A stretch of 63,988 nucleotides of DNA, counting the filler, from Choristocarpus tenellus KU-1152 (taxonomy: Eukaryota > Protista > Phaeophyceae), in the NCBI GenBank assembly GCA_964200185.2. It is 9 parts of 9 records of this genome, joined end to end, with 100 filler letters (N's around TTAATTAATTAA, not from the genome) between each part and the next. Parts side by side here need not be neighbours in the genome. Positions count along the whole stretch, not along the records: positions 1 to 2,647 come from CAXNAD020025992.1; positions 2,748 to 5,910 come from CAXNAD020021852.1; positions 6,011 to 13,565 come from CAXNAD020005970.1; 6 more parts are not named here. One strand, given 5' to 3'. A program made the position numbers and the translations under genes. The notes below the pieces were generated by a model, which had not been told where the DNA came from, searched no databases, and was given only the letters and a program-made list of their open reading frames with translations. Positions 1 to 12,349 of the stretch are shown here, piece after piece. Within the stretch, counting starts at the first letter, position 1. Every line of letters begins with the position of its first letter.

Positions 1-48
1 CCCCTTCCCCTCCCCGCCCCTTTCCCCTTCCTACGTCAACCCCCACCT

Positions 49-90
<42 letters not shown>

Positions 91-688
91 ACCCAAATCC
101 CTCCCAATTCCAAAATCCAGCAAAATATAACTACAGGGGGGGACTAGGCAAGAGCACGAGGTCTGAGACACTGGCAAGATTGAAGTACATCCACTATGTG
201 TTTATGACCTCGATGAAAGTCTCTTCCACGACTCTTGCTTATCTTTCACATCAACTATGTGTTTGTGACCTCTTCACCACCCCGAGACACACACAGACTC
301 AGAACAATTGTTTGAACCTCTTAACTGCGTTATATTACGTTCTTAAAAAAAAAAAACACACACACACACACACACACAAGGAGAAGAAAAAAAAAGACAC
401 GTCTAAATTGTGCTTTGTTTTTTTTGTTTTTTTTTGTTTTCTTGTTTTTTTCTTTTAACACGTACTGAAACGAGATTTTGATCGTCTGGGGGGGAAGGAA
501 AAATCCACGTGGTTCAGATAAGAAGTGAAAAAAAAAAGAAGAGATGAAGTTCCTTGACGATCGGTGTCGCGAACTGCAACAGTTCTATCAATCAAGAGTA
601 AAAACCATCAATTAATTTAATTTATCAATCAAGAGCAAACCGATAAATCAAAACTAAAGGGTTTAATCCTACCTTCCCATCGCAACAA

Positions 689-901
689 ATTCTTGCACTG
701 AAATATCATCCTGGAAAGTTCTTTAATGCATCACTTGATAAAGCTAGTATTCATAATGAGCGTCAATCTGTTTTGATGGAAACTAAAAGCGGAACCAAAA
801 TTGGTTTTGTTCAGATAGCTGGTTTAGTTGCAAGACGTATTGTTTGCGATCTAGAAGAGGATCAAGAAGTTTTAGCTGGTCAAAGATATGGTTTAATTCG
901 T
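689..901 (+). pseudogene. psd: Fragment of a bacterial (Rickettsiales-like) phosphatidylserine decarboxylase
   Basis: Open frame [71 protein letters not shown]. It carries the [20 protein letters not shown]/GxRYGxIR motifs of alphaproteobacterial-type Psd. Codons end mostly in A/T. It stops just before the FGS self-cleavage motif. Confidence 0.85.
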
Positions 902-918
902 ATGGTTCTCTCTGCTCT

Positions 919-1023
919 AAGTGTGATTATAATCCACTCCAAGTGTGATTATAATCCACTCCAAGTGTGATTATAATCCACTCGAAGTGTGATTATAATC
1001 TACTCAAGTTAGATTATAATCAC
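919..1023. repeat. Tandem repeat, ~5 x 22 bp (AAGTGTGATTATAATCCACTCC) with palindromic core GATTATAATC
   Basis: Units start at 919, 941, 963, 985 and 1006 (last two degenerate). Confidence 0.9.
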
Positions 1024-1300
1024 AACCTCTCCCGACTCACGACACGCATGGCGGTGACATCTTCACTATCACTCAGAAAGTCACGTGAGAATGCTTTGTG
1101 CATTTACAGTTTTACACCTCAGTACCAACAACGCACAAATACGAAAATTATAATAATAATCATAACCCCAACCCTCGGCATTGCACTATCGCCTCCCCAT
1201 GCCCTGGTACACCCCACAAGCACTGAACCACCACTCCCTTCACACAAACAACCCGATGGCTCCCTCCCTCCCTGACCAGCACATTTTTTCTCCTCCTCAC

Positions 1301-2176
1301 CTCAGGAATGTAGTGCATCAGCATGCTCTCCACACCCTGCTTGAGCGTTACAGTGGAACTGGGGCATCCTGAGCAGGACCCTGCCAGCTGCACCTTTACA
1401 GTCCCCGTGGAGGGTTCAAACCCCTTGTAGAAGATATCGCCCCCGTCCTCTTGCACTGCCGGCCTCACCTTACCATCATCAAAGAGCAAGACAAAAAATA
1501 AAAATTGATGAGAAAGAGGTACACCTTAATTTCCACGCCTTGACGGGCTCGATAGAGGAGGTCCCAGGAGAAGCACATCAACAACTCTTCGATAGCTTCT
1601 AAGAAATTCTTAGAAATTCTTAGCTATAATAAAAGATACGTGTTCTCCTTTGGGGTGGAGGTGGGGGGGGGGGAACAAGCACGGAAAGACATACTATACT
1701 CTACAATACAACACTATGTTGCAAGAGACAAAACGAATCTCTAACGAATCTAACGTTCACACACGCAGCAACAAACACCCCACTGGCACGAAAAACGAAA
1801 AATAAAAAAGCTACTTCTTGAATCGTTTTTTTACTGTGGAGTCTACGCCGCACACTATTTATTAAATATTCTTAAATTATTCGAGACACGAACTAATAAT
1901 AATATAATATAATATTTCCTAGCGCGTCGACCACTTCTGCACTCCAAAACGAGAAGAGGGCGCAGGAACAGAGGGGGGAAAGGGGGTTGGGACTTAAGAC
2001 CATACCCTCTCCTGAAGCAGCTCCTTGATCATGGCCACCACTTCATCGTCATCATCGAGAATTGTTGTATCACTAACTATTGGTTCATCCAGCATTACCG
2101 CCTTCCCTTCCGAAAAGAAATCCATTATTGCACCAAATATCACTGGTTTAAGCAGCGGCCACGTAGCTTCCTCTCC
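1301..2176 (-). CDS. NFU1: NFU1-type iron-sulfur cluster carrier, two internal exons (partial)
   Basis: Exon 2176-2006 ([22 protein letters not shown]...[17 protein letters not shown]) and exon 1468-1301 ([17 protein letters not shown]...[29 protein letters not shown]). GT-AG intron in phase 0. NifU C-terminal CxxC motif present. Confidence 0.93.
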
Positions 2177-2647
2177 CTGAAAATAAGGCGCAGGAGCAGC
2201 GGGAGCAGGGGGAGGGGGGACACGTCAAGCACCAAGAGAGAGAGGGGGTCGATCACAGGGAAACATTTCATCCTGTAGGCTCAATTCCAAAATTGTCAAG
2301 TTCGACTCCGGACACATCCAGCGAACAGCCGTTGGGTGGGGAAAGGCCTCTTCTGGCGCTTTAAGTGGACACTGATTCTCGCTTGGCATTGATTACGGAC
2401 TCGTTATTTCTCTCCGATGCGAGGACAAAAGCAGGGCGGAGATTCGTCAAAAGATTTAAAACCAAAAAAAAAGGGGACAAATTTATTTATTTTTTGCCTG
2501 AACAAAACAAATCACCTTGAACTACATACGTACAGTGAAAAATTCTTCTTCTTTTTTTCGCGAACCAAGGGTCATGTAAAAAAAATATATATATAAATTC
2601 AACTCATTTTTTTTTTTCAACTTCATTTTTTTTTTAGTCCTCCCCCC

Positions 2648-2747
2648 NNNNNNNNNNNNNNNNNNNNNNNNNNNNNNNNNNNNNNNNNNNNTTAATTAAT
2701 TAANNNNNNNNNNNNNNNNNNNNNNNNNNNNNNNNNNNNNNNNNNNN
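2648..2747. other. Artificial contig-join spacer (44N + TTAATTAATTAA + 44N)
   Basis: The identical 100-bp spacer, with stops in all six frames, recurs at 5911-6010, 13566-13665, 21110-21209, 34969-35068, 53033-53132, 55743-55842 and 61381-61480. Confidence 0.97.
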
Positions 2748-2791
2748 ATCCCCAAATGGACGCGGCTCTACCCTCTAAGATACTTTGGCTC
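2748..2791. mobile_element. Terminal fragment of the GAG...CTC MITE family
   Basis: CCCAAATGGACGCGGCTCTACCCTCTAAGATACTTTGGCTC matches the end of the full copy at 33129-33385. The contig starts inside it. Confidence 0.8.
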
Positions 2792-3639
2792 AGACATCCC
2801 TAGAATGTGCAAAGAAAGACCTTAGCACCGAGCACACCTGCCAGGTATACGAATTCATCCTTGTTGGCATCGCTCCTGATGTTGAAATAGTGGATGACGG
2901 GGTGGCATCGACGTTTCAACCCCTTCTGTCTGTCACAGCAAGAAAACACGACATCAACGTCGACACACTAAGATCATCCGCCAAGAAACGCACGGAATTC
3001 ATGCGAGATATGCGGTGACAGATGAGCCCCTCCGCATCGGCTGCCAATGACGCTGGAGGATCGTCTCCCGTAACCGATACCCACGCCCCTCACTGCTCTC
3101 CTCAAGGCACCGCCCAGAGGTATGGAAGTTCATTCTCATCAACCATCAACGGTGTGACACACACAACTTCACCCCCGGGCGAACATGTTCCCTGTATGTC
3201 GAAGAACAATTTCATCATTAACAGATGCTTGTTACCTCACACATAACAGCAGACCAAGGGTATTCGGTGTGAGAAGGGACAGCTCCTCGCAACAGTTCCA
3301 TGTACAGCATACTGATACACATGTTCTGGTTATCACCGTATGGGAGAGTAACAGCACCGCCATGCCCCACGATCCAGTCACATGTCATGATCCCACTCAG
3401 GGAATGCACTACTTAGACCCGCCTACGAACAAGAGAGTTTGCCGCCCGGATGCACTGTGCCAACAGCACGCTCAGAGGTACTCTACACTAGCGAGTGCCA
3501 TCGTCACAAAGGTTGCGCGTATCCACCCTCGACACTTTATGGATTAATCATTGTGTAACATATTCACCCTCCAACAAAACTGTGACATTACACTACGTAC
3601 ACATGGTGCAACCAACGTCACAATAGGTCACAAATTGGG

Positions 3640-5870
3640 ACAGATGAGGGTGTCTACGCCAACTTCAAGGAGAGATTTGAACAGGAGGGGACCTCAGGAC
3701 CAATACCCTGTCTGTCAACATTCGTGAAGTGGAGACCGTTCTACATCACAAAGGCCACGCCAAGGTATGTGCGGAAATAGTCTTTCTATTTTTAGGGCAC
3801 ACGCTACAGTGGCGACCACCGGGCAACTCTATGTTTCCTAACCGCCACAGGATACCCAGTCAGATACTGCATCATCAGAGTCCACACACAAAAGGATGCT
3901 AACCCACCGTATCCCTCTCTCCACTCTCCCACGCAACACAGATCGTGCGTTTGCATTCACCATATGACCACCGACCTCCAGGTTCAGTGCCTAAGAGAGA
4001 ACTGGAAGAAAGTACATGCGAGTACAAGCTTTGGCGATGATGGACAACGCACTTGCGCATGCACATGCGCATTCTGCAACAAAGGCAAAGGATGTGGGTC
4101 TAAAGAAGTGGAGGCCGCTCTCGAAAGTGGTGCTCATCTATTGGCCTTTCTCTTGTAAGCTTGTCTTCCAAACATCACATCCGCGACGTGGCGAATTTTC
4201 TCATTACTAACCCGGATCAAAACAAAACAGATGCGAGAGGACCGTGCTGGAACCCCTCAGCGAACCGTCCTCTGTCGGCTCCTTGGGGAGTTTCAAAAAT
4301 TCGTGTGTCGACGGTACATGTGACAGGTGTGACTGGAAATCTTATCTCATGTGGAAGTGCCCTTGTATCTTAGACTCTCACAGCACCCGTGTCACATGGA
4401 ACAAGTTCGTTCACGCGTACACCCTGGTGGTGGAGGCGGATCTGCAACAAAAGACTTGCAGGAAATAAAGGTGGGCCTTATCCAAACACTCACCAACCAA
4501 TTACATTTTGAAGACGAACCTGTCCAATTCCGCCCTCGCGCCGGGTGCAGGACCGACGCAGCAACCTGCCCTACCAATCGACCATATCCCAGTGTAAACA
4601 TCCAGACCACACACTCATGCTGCAATAAACCTATATATCCGCCAGCACTGCCACACAGGCGCTGTCGTCTAGACTTGGCATCACCACCCCAAGCAGGACC
4701 ACCAAAGACAACATGATCCAGATTCTCACTGCAAAATTTGCGGAGTTGAGGGCCGACAATTTCATGACAGACGATTTGATTATCGCTAAGTACGTGATGG
4801 GAGAGTCCGCCCCCGAACTCAGGAGGAACAGGACCGAGGAGAACGACGACGAAGACGCCATAGGGCCTACGGACAAACACAGCAGGAGGCGAAAGGTGAG
4901 AGCGATAGTTTCATTCCACTAATAGTTACAGTGTACATTGAATGTGTCACACACGGCGTATTGGTCAAACAACGAGCAGATACTCCCTCCCACAGCACCG
5001 TACATAATCGGTTACACCAGAACTAAGCCTGTATCACCACGACCTATGACCAGCAACAACTCCCGATAAGCGACCACCTCGCCCATTGGATGCAGGTGCT
5101 GTTCCCAAGAACGGAGGGATTCCCCACACTCCTAGAAGTCATATTTGCAAACTTCGACAAAAGCTTCTTCCTTCATCACAACACCACTATTTGGCAGGCG
5201 CAACAATACAAAAACTGCAAATCCCGCCTCCCCAAAGGACATGCCGCCATGTCCATGGACTTCAGCGCCCACCTGCAACACAACCACCAAGACTTGACAA
5301 AGCAAGAGTTCTTCAATCTATTCCTTAAGGCGCTTCTGACCATTGTCTGGTGGTTGACGGATTTCAGAGAAGAGGGAAATCTCGGGAATGGAAGGGTTTG
5401 GGCCCTCAGCATGACGGTGTGCAGTGAAGACCGAAACCAAAACAATTTCATCCAGAACACCGTGGAGATGTTTGTGAAAGACCGCCTAATACCTCTAGCC
5501 AGTGAATACGGACAGACTCTAGAGGTCCCTGCACATCTGATCCAATGGCTGCGGGAGCCACTTCAAGAACAGATGGCAGATGTGGTGGGTTTCGCAGTCT
5601 TTTGCGCGGATGGGAATTTCCGTGGTACACAACTTCTTTACCTCCTGTCACGGCAATCCTTGTCTGATGGAGTCGGGCTGTGGTGAAGTCTGCTGCCAGG
5701 AGACTGGAACTACACGGAGTGTGCATGCCGGGAACCTCATCTCATGCCGGGAACCTCATCTCTAGCGGATACTATCAAGGCAACCAAAACTCAGTATACC
5801 TTGAGGGATCCGACACCAGAGGAAGAGGGACGCTACTATGCAAAAGAGAGCTATTCCAATAGAGTCTTTG
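3640..5870 (+). mobile_element. Decayed intron-containing DDD transposase, Sola2-like
   Basis: Spliced and frameshifted pieces: FVKWRPFYI..R|SCVCIHH (GT at 3765, AG at 3941), CVDGTCDRC, FFLHH..WQAQQYKNCK..L...AMSMDFS, HI*SNGCGSHFKN, VHNFFTSCHG...DGVG..VKSAARR. This motif order matches Sola2-type transposases. Stops and frameshifts are present. Confidence 0.7.
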
Positions 5871-6037
5871 CTTTATGTTGTATGGATTTATTTATTAGCG
5901 GAGTGAGCACNNNNNNNNNNNNNNNNNNNNNNNNNNNNNNNNNNNNNNNNNNNNTTAATTAATTAANNNNNNNNNNNNNNNNNNNNNNNNNNNNNNNNNN
6001 NNNNNNNNNNCCGTACACCACAATACCACAAGTTCAC

Positions 6038-8300
6038 CTTGAATCCCACCAACTGTGTTGCAGCCGCAAAGCCAGCGATGAGAAAGGAACCCCCAACGCC
6101 AGCCAAGGTGCCCTCCAAGCTCACGGCCCCCTCTGTCCCGGGGGGTACCGGCTTAAGTGTGGTGATGAGGAAGGTGCGCTTACCAAACGCCTTCTCATGT
6201 TTGTGAAGCAGGGATGCATTGGCCCAAAGAGAGTCGGGGGTTGGACGCAGGCATGAAACGGAGGAGGGTGCAAAAAAGGTTTAAAGGGTTTGTGTGGGGC
6301 CTGTGGAGAGGTTGTTGCGACCAGTGCAGATGTAAACATTGTAAAGCAAAGGATGTACATCCTTTGTCTCGTCTTGTTACACACACATACACACATGTAT
6401 ATATATATATATACATAAATATATGCATCAGAACACCCCCTGGCATCATAGCATTTCCCTTCACATCCACGGGGACCTGAAACGATCTATCAAAGTGCTG
6501 CCTGATATTGAAGCAACGCCTTCCAGGTTATTACGAAAAATAAGAAACAACTTCCCCCCCCCTCCAACAATTGCATGCAGAGGCAAACATTGAGCCGGTG
6601 ATCTGAGATTCTGCGATCGGACCATTGCAGTTGCGGTTCGTTCTCAACGGAGTGACGGGGTTTTCAAAGGGTTTGATACATTCCTCAAGGCGTTTCTATT
6701 GGAAACTGGAGGCGTTGTTCCCGCTTTTTAAGTTTGCGGACTCTCCAAGGCATAGCATTTTACCATGTCACGTACTTTAAAAAGCCAACGCTACTTGTTT
6801 CTGTTCATGAAGCGAAATGCTTTAGCCTGATGCCCACGCAAACAGGCCCTGTTCGCACGACATATACCTACCCAGAAAGAGCCGGTGATACTCACGCCTT
6901 CCATGTTTTTATGGTTATTGTTGTTGTTGTTGTTGTTTTCCGATTGATAGTGAATGTTGATGGCTCCTTTCACGGAAGGAGGACTTCTCGGCTCTGTACT
7001 GTACATGTGTACGTAAGTGGGTTTTGCACTGGGTTCAGTCAGGCGTGGCTGCGAGAAACCGAAAAAGAGTCTCGATCTCGGAGGGTGTCCTCACCTCAAG
7101 GAATCTTGTCAACGAAAAGGTAAAACAACATAAAATAAAACAAAATAACATAAACATAACATATATATATATGTGTGTGTGTGTGTGCAATAAACTCAAA
7201 GAGTCGAGGTCGCAGGGGGTTCAAGTCTCTCGGGGCCAGGCTCTCTCTTCGCCATCTCAAGGGATACAAAACATTTTTCACATCCTCGGAAGGACGGGGT
7301 CCCAGCAATCTCCATCAACAGAGTGCATCAGGCCACCGAAGCTATAACCCGACCTCCATCATTTTCACCACCACCAAAAACAAAAACAAAAAATCGTACA
7401 CGAGACCTTACCTCACCCCGACACATCAGCTGTCAAGTCTATTGGGAACTGGATTGAGTCCCCGTTGTAATGCCATGCCATGCCAGGCAAGGCAAGGCAA
7501 GGGGGGGGTGGGGGGGGGGGCAAAGACGGGTTGTCAAACGCAATCCATCACGCTATTCAGTTGGAGCAATGGTTACATCTCTAGACGACTACTACTACTA
7601 CTACTACTACTGCTACTACTGCTCTCATGTCAAACCTTAACAAACATGAGCGGTTGATTCGGGTGGATCAAAATAATTCAAAATACATCAAACAGTACTG
7701 TGCGTATTGTTTTGTACCAAAGCGAATCGCTCTTCTCATCGAAGTTAAGCTGCTACGGTGGGGATGACACAGAATATGGATGACACGAGGGAGTAAAATG
7801 CCATAGCTCTCACAGGGCTAGAGGAAAACTCTTAATAATGAATTGGTCACAAAGCCATAGCTGAAGGGGCTAGGGGAAAAATCTTGGTGACTGATTGACC
7901 ACAAAGCCATAGCTGAAGGGGCTAGAGGAAAAACCTTAGTGAGTGATTTGATTGGCCACAAAGCCATAGCTGAAGGGGCTAGAGGAAAAATCTTAACAAC
8001 TGATTGGCCACAAAGCCATAGCTCACAGGCTAAAGGGAAATTTGAATAACGGATTGACCACTAACGTGAGGTTTTCCGCACAAACAGCACTCCGTCTCCG
8101 TCCCCAGCAAAACACACACGCCATACAAGGTGTTTTCAACGCGGAGCCCCCCTTTTTTTTTTCCCACTCTCTTACCGAATGCAATTGGCGTAAGAAGTCG
8201 ACCGTCCCAGTTTCTTGAGCCCTCTGGTCAAACTATACACAAAAAACACGCACGAGATCTACCAATTAAAAACTACCACTATATCCTCAAGCGACCCCCC

Positions 8301-8356
<56 letters not shown>

Positions 8357-8378
8357 TCCCACCCCCACCCCACCCCCC

Positions 8379-8411
<33 letters not shown>

Positions 8412-11018
8412 ATCCTCCTCTCCCCGACAGGATCCTGCGTGGTATGTTACGAAACAAAGCGGTTCTTTCGCAGTTACAGTCTGGGAACTGTGTAAATACT
8501 GAATAACTGTGTATGACCGTAATGATTCCGTAACCACATTGTATTCATTGTGATGAACGCGGGCACTATGCTCCCTACTACAGTGTAGAACCCGTTCATA
8601 TTGTATTCCAGTATATAATAAAAGTATATTCGCCTTAATGTAATGCCCGGTTAGTTCTTCGTGCGGTTTCAGCCCGTGGCGAAGTCGTACCGTAACTGTC
8701 TGTAATAACTAGGAAAATAATTTAATAATTAAAACTAACAACAACAACAACAAAAAAAAAAGCACCGTACAATTTGTATGTATAAAAAAAAAACTACTTC
8801 CAGACTTTTACAGTACACGCATCAAGCGTAAAATACACAGTAGCATATATATATATATATATGATATGATATTTTTTATATGTGTATGTATATGAAGAGA
8901 TCTAATTAGTAATACATTATTAAAAAAATATAAATACATATATTTCAATACCCATCTCCTTCGATGTAAGAGTTTACAGGTCCCGCCATTGTCACAAACA
9001 CAGTCGCAAGCGCTGAAGGGTCATGCTCTCATCACCGTTGACTGTGGGGAAATTAGGGAACGGTCAGGACCGTACTGTCAAAATTCAAACTCTGGCCACA
9101 ATGTCACGTCAGAGTAGCCGCCACAATGCCACTGCAAAACCCCCCCAACACTCCGTAACCGTAACCGTAACCGTATCAGTAAATATTTTCTGCGAAAATT
9201 CTCTCTAAGGTTTTTTTTTTTTTTGAGAAACTGAAACCTACTACTGTCGTCTAGAATCCCCTCCACAACTGTCCTCTTACCGGGGTAGGGAGACGATGAC
9301 AGTCGGTTTTGAGTCCGCGTCAACATATCTCAAGTTTTAACAGGTGAGGCTACGTATGATTGGACAAACCTCCACGGTCGGAAACTGACCACACGGTGAA
9401 AACGATATTGTGCAGGGGCACTGAACCCCCCCCCCCCCCCGCAGTTTCCACCAAAGTGAAAAGGAAGGCAAGAAGTGGTGTGCAGAACACAGCTAACAAG
9501 GAGAGCAGCATGAGGCAGTGTTGCTTGCCTTTCCTATTTCACTGGCAAATGTATCGGAAAGCTTGGTGGCAATCGAGGCCACAAAGCCCACCCTGAGCGC
9601 ATCCCCCCACTTAGGCCAGAAGGCTGCTCCGAGGGCACAGAGCGCACCTACACCACCAAAAGCGCAGTTAGGAGCACGGGAAAGTTGCAAGGCAAAGACA
9701 GCTGACATGAGGTGAAGGGATATGCGCGTTTCCGGCTAGCAAGGCAAAAAATGCTGGTGCACGTCGAATTATGAGGGATTCCGTCAAAGGACACTGATGT
9801 GTAACTTCTGCCATACCAAAGTTGGATGCAGCACTTTGCACAGGGATCTACAACTCATGTTCACCTCTTGTTTCAAACCCCCTCATTCTTTCGATTTGAA
9901 CTCGCCTGTGGCTGCAGACCCCCAAACGTTTTCGGGCCCCCTAGCTCCACCTCTTCCTTCTGCAATCCCTAGAGACTTCGACAATGGAGAGATGTAGATG
10001 GGCGGAGGTGTAGAAGTGGTAAGGTGGTAGACGGGATGCAAGGGGGGTGATTCTCCCTCAGTTCACTTCCGGTTACCACAGTGGTAGCCTTATTGCAGCG
10101 TCTGGCAACCGACTTGTTTGTAATAGAGGGGGGTGAAGGTGGGCTGTCAATGTGCAGTCCTGCAACTATTCAAACAATTGAAACCACAGCGTCATCACTC
10201 GCGATGAAACCCAGAAAGAGTGACCCACTATTTTACTACATTACGTCGATTTTTTGGGAGAACACGAGGGAGAGTGCATGGAGTATGGTTATATCATGTG
10301 CTAAGCACTGGGAGGGAATTGGCGGAAGCGAGTCGACGAAGAGAGGTGGCCCCACATTCATATTAAGGTGTCGAGTGCTGTGGATCACCTCCTTCTTCTT
10401 CATCTTCACTTTGGTCACTGCAGAGCCCAAGGCGAGGTAGAGCACACAAGTTCCCCATCCCCAGCCTCCAATGCAGCTCCAGAGTAGAAGGCCAAGGATG
10501 TAGGCATGTATGGCTCCCCAAGCCGTCAACACAGACCCGCGTTTTCCAGTGGCTTCCAACGCACCAAACCCAACAGTATTCACAGCAATTGCAGTCTGAA
10601 TCTAGATAGCAAGCAGAGTGGGGTGATTAACAAGAATATCTTAGCATGCTTATGTTGAGGGATCAGTATAGAGATAGGTGGTACACTAGGGAGAGAGAGG
10701 TGCATGCACTTCATTGAGGGAGATCCATGTCAACGGCACGCTGCTCTCAAAAACCATATTCTCGATCTATTTCACCTGGGGAGGAAGAAAGGGAACACAC
10801 GGAAGAACAGGGAGCGACATGCAGGGTCCATCTTGGGCGCCTCCTCTTGGTAGAGTATGGACCTTGCCCAAGGAACTCCGACGGAGTTCCTGCTGCCACC
10901 CCCTGAGACTAAACGAGCGACTATACTTGACTTGAGGTCTTGTGATGCTCAGAGAAGATACGAGGGGAGATAGGAGAAGTCCGAAGACTGTGGCACAACA
11001 TCCTGTCCTAAACTTCAT
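6038..11018 (-). CDS. VTE6: DUF92/TMEM19 membrane protein, VTE6-like (phytyl-phosphate kinase family), plastid-targeted; 3' end lost at contig edge
   Basis: Exons 11018-10776, 10601-10389, 9975-9906, 9647-9529 and 6190-6038 splice in frame. They give GSAVTKVKMKKKE-SLGIAEGRGGARGPENVWGSAATG-ALCA...ATKLSDTFASEIGK-AFGKRTFLITTLKPVPPGTEGAVSLEGTLAG. N-terminal signal peptide plus transit-like region. Confidence 0.88.
7800..8061. repeat. Intronic tandem repeat, 5 x ~52 bp
   Basis: Unit GCCATAGCTGAAGGGGCTAGAGGAAAAATCTT...GATTGGCCACAAA starts at about 7800, 7854, 7906, 7964 and 8015. Confidence 0.9.
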
Positions 11019-11690
11019 CTCTTAGATGTAGATGCACACTTTTGAAGTAAAAAAGTTGAAGGTTGACTTGGATTGCGAGCCGTTAACGTACTCTTGTGTC
11101 ATGTTTTAGTACAGACAACAATTAGTGTCACTTTTGTATTGCATCACTTCCTCATTTCCGTACCCCCAAGGTGAGACGCAGAGACCTAGGACGCAGCGAA
11201 TTACTGAGCCAGGACCCCCAATTTGATGCATGGGTGTCGGGTGACAGCCTTGGGACTGGATTGTTGTTTAAGTATTGATGAGAAAGTTTCACATTAACTG
11301 TGGACAGTCAAAGCCTGTGCATAGCCTGGCAAGCTTTTGATGCACATCGTGTTCGTGTTGGTAGTTTACTGTTGACCTGGGAGCTATGTGTATGAGGTGG
11401 AAATTTCATGGTGTATGCGGGCTGTTAGTGGAACCCTAATCTAGCATTGAGTAGAAGCTCAGGAAAGGTTGGAGATCATGATCTTACAGACATGGTCCGC
11501 ATTGTTGGGTGACACTTATCGCAGACAAGACTCAACCAGCACAACAGGATTTGGACTGATATTTGCACTCCTCCCCTCTCTCTTCGTTTTCATTTTGTTC
11601 ATCTCTCTTTCTACATTGCAGTTGGGGATTCATACACGAATTCGCTATACCATCTAACTGTTGCTCAAAGGAGCAAGATCTGGGGCTGTC
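11019..11690. promoter_or_regulatory. Putative bidirectional promoter region between two head-to-head genes
   Basis: 672 bp between the VTE6-like ATG (11018, minus) and the ATG at 11691 (plus). Positional inference only. Confidence 0.4.
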
Positions 11691-12020
11691 ATGACTGCAA
11701 GGGTGGCTATGGCAGTCACCTTCTGCGTTCTGGCCGGATGCCCTCACTCGACCTACTCCTTTGGCCTCGGAGGAGGACTGCGATCTATTACTGTAGGGAC
11801 CGGTTCTGCGACTGTTGCCAATGAACTCCGTGAGGGAGGTGCAGGAGGGGCTCGAGGGATGAGCATGTACTCAGCCTTTAAGAAGAAGCCTTCCAAGGGG
11901 AAGAAGAAGGGAAAAGGAGGGGGAGGTGGGGGAGGTGGTGGTGGTGGAAAGGGGGATAGAGGAGGAAGTAAGAGACCACCGCCAAAGGGAGGGAGCTCGG
12001 GGGTCGATACTTCTCGGAGG
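11691..12020 (+). CDS. First exon of a probable plastid-targeted protein with a K/G-rich N-terminus (partial)
   Basis: MTARVAMAVTFCVLAGCPHSTYS-FGLGGG (signal peptide + F at +1), then AFKKKPSKGKKKGKGGGG...GVDTSRR. Phase-0 donor AGG|GTAGGC at 12020/12021. Downstream exons were not found in this contig. Confidence 0.65.
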
Positions 12021-12349
12021 GTAGGCTGTCAATTTATGGTATACAATTTTTTTCACTCTTCTCAAAATCTCATATGCTCATTTTTTTTTCTATAGTCGTT
12101 TTGAAAGGTTCAACCCGGAGAAGTGTATCAGCATACATAACTACTTGGTTGATGTACCAACGACTGCGAGAGCTGTATGACTATGATAGCATTTCTGCAG
12201 TAGCTGTACTCTGGTAGTGTGTTGTGCGCTGTGGGTGGACAAGATCTTTTTTCCCCCATCTCTCTTTTCGTGAGCAAGGGGGTCACTATTCATGCTCAAA
12301 AGAATGAATATGTGGGCATAGGAGCCTCAATTTTTCATGGAGGGGCAAT

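Noticed and set aside
773-970. Functional psd gene
   Set aside because: It lacks the N-terminus and the FGS pyruvoyl-forming motif, and no in-frame splice sites linking it to more Psd sequence were seen.
8130-8537. Poly-proline / poly-glycine ORFs (extensin- or formin-like)
   Set aside because: They are translations of an intronic poly-C tract. Similar tracts at 1-90, 13478-13518 and 61522-61552 are low-complexity and possibly sequencing artefacts.
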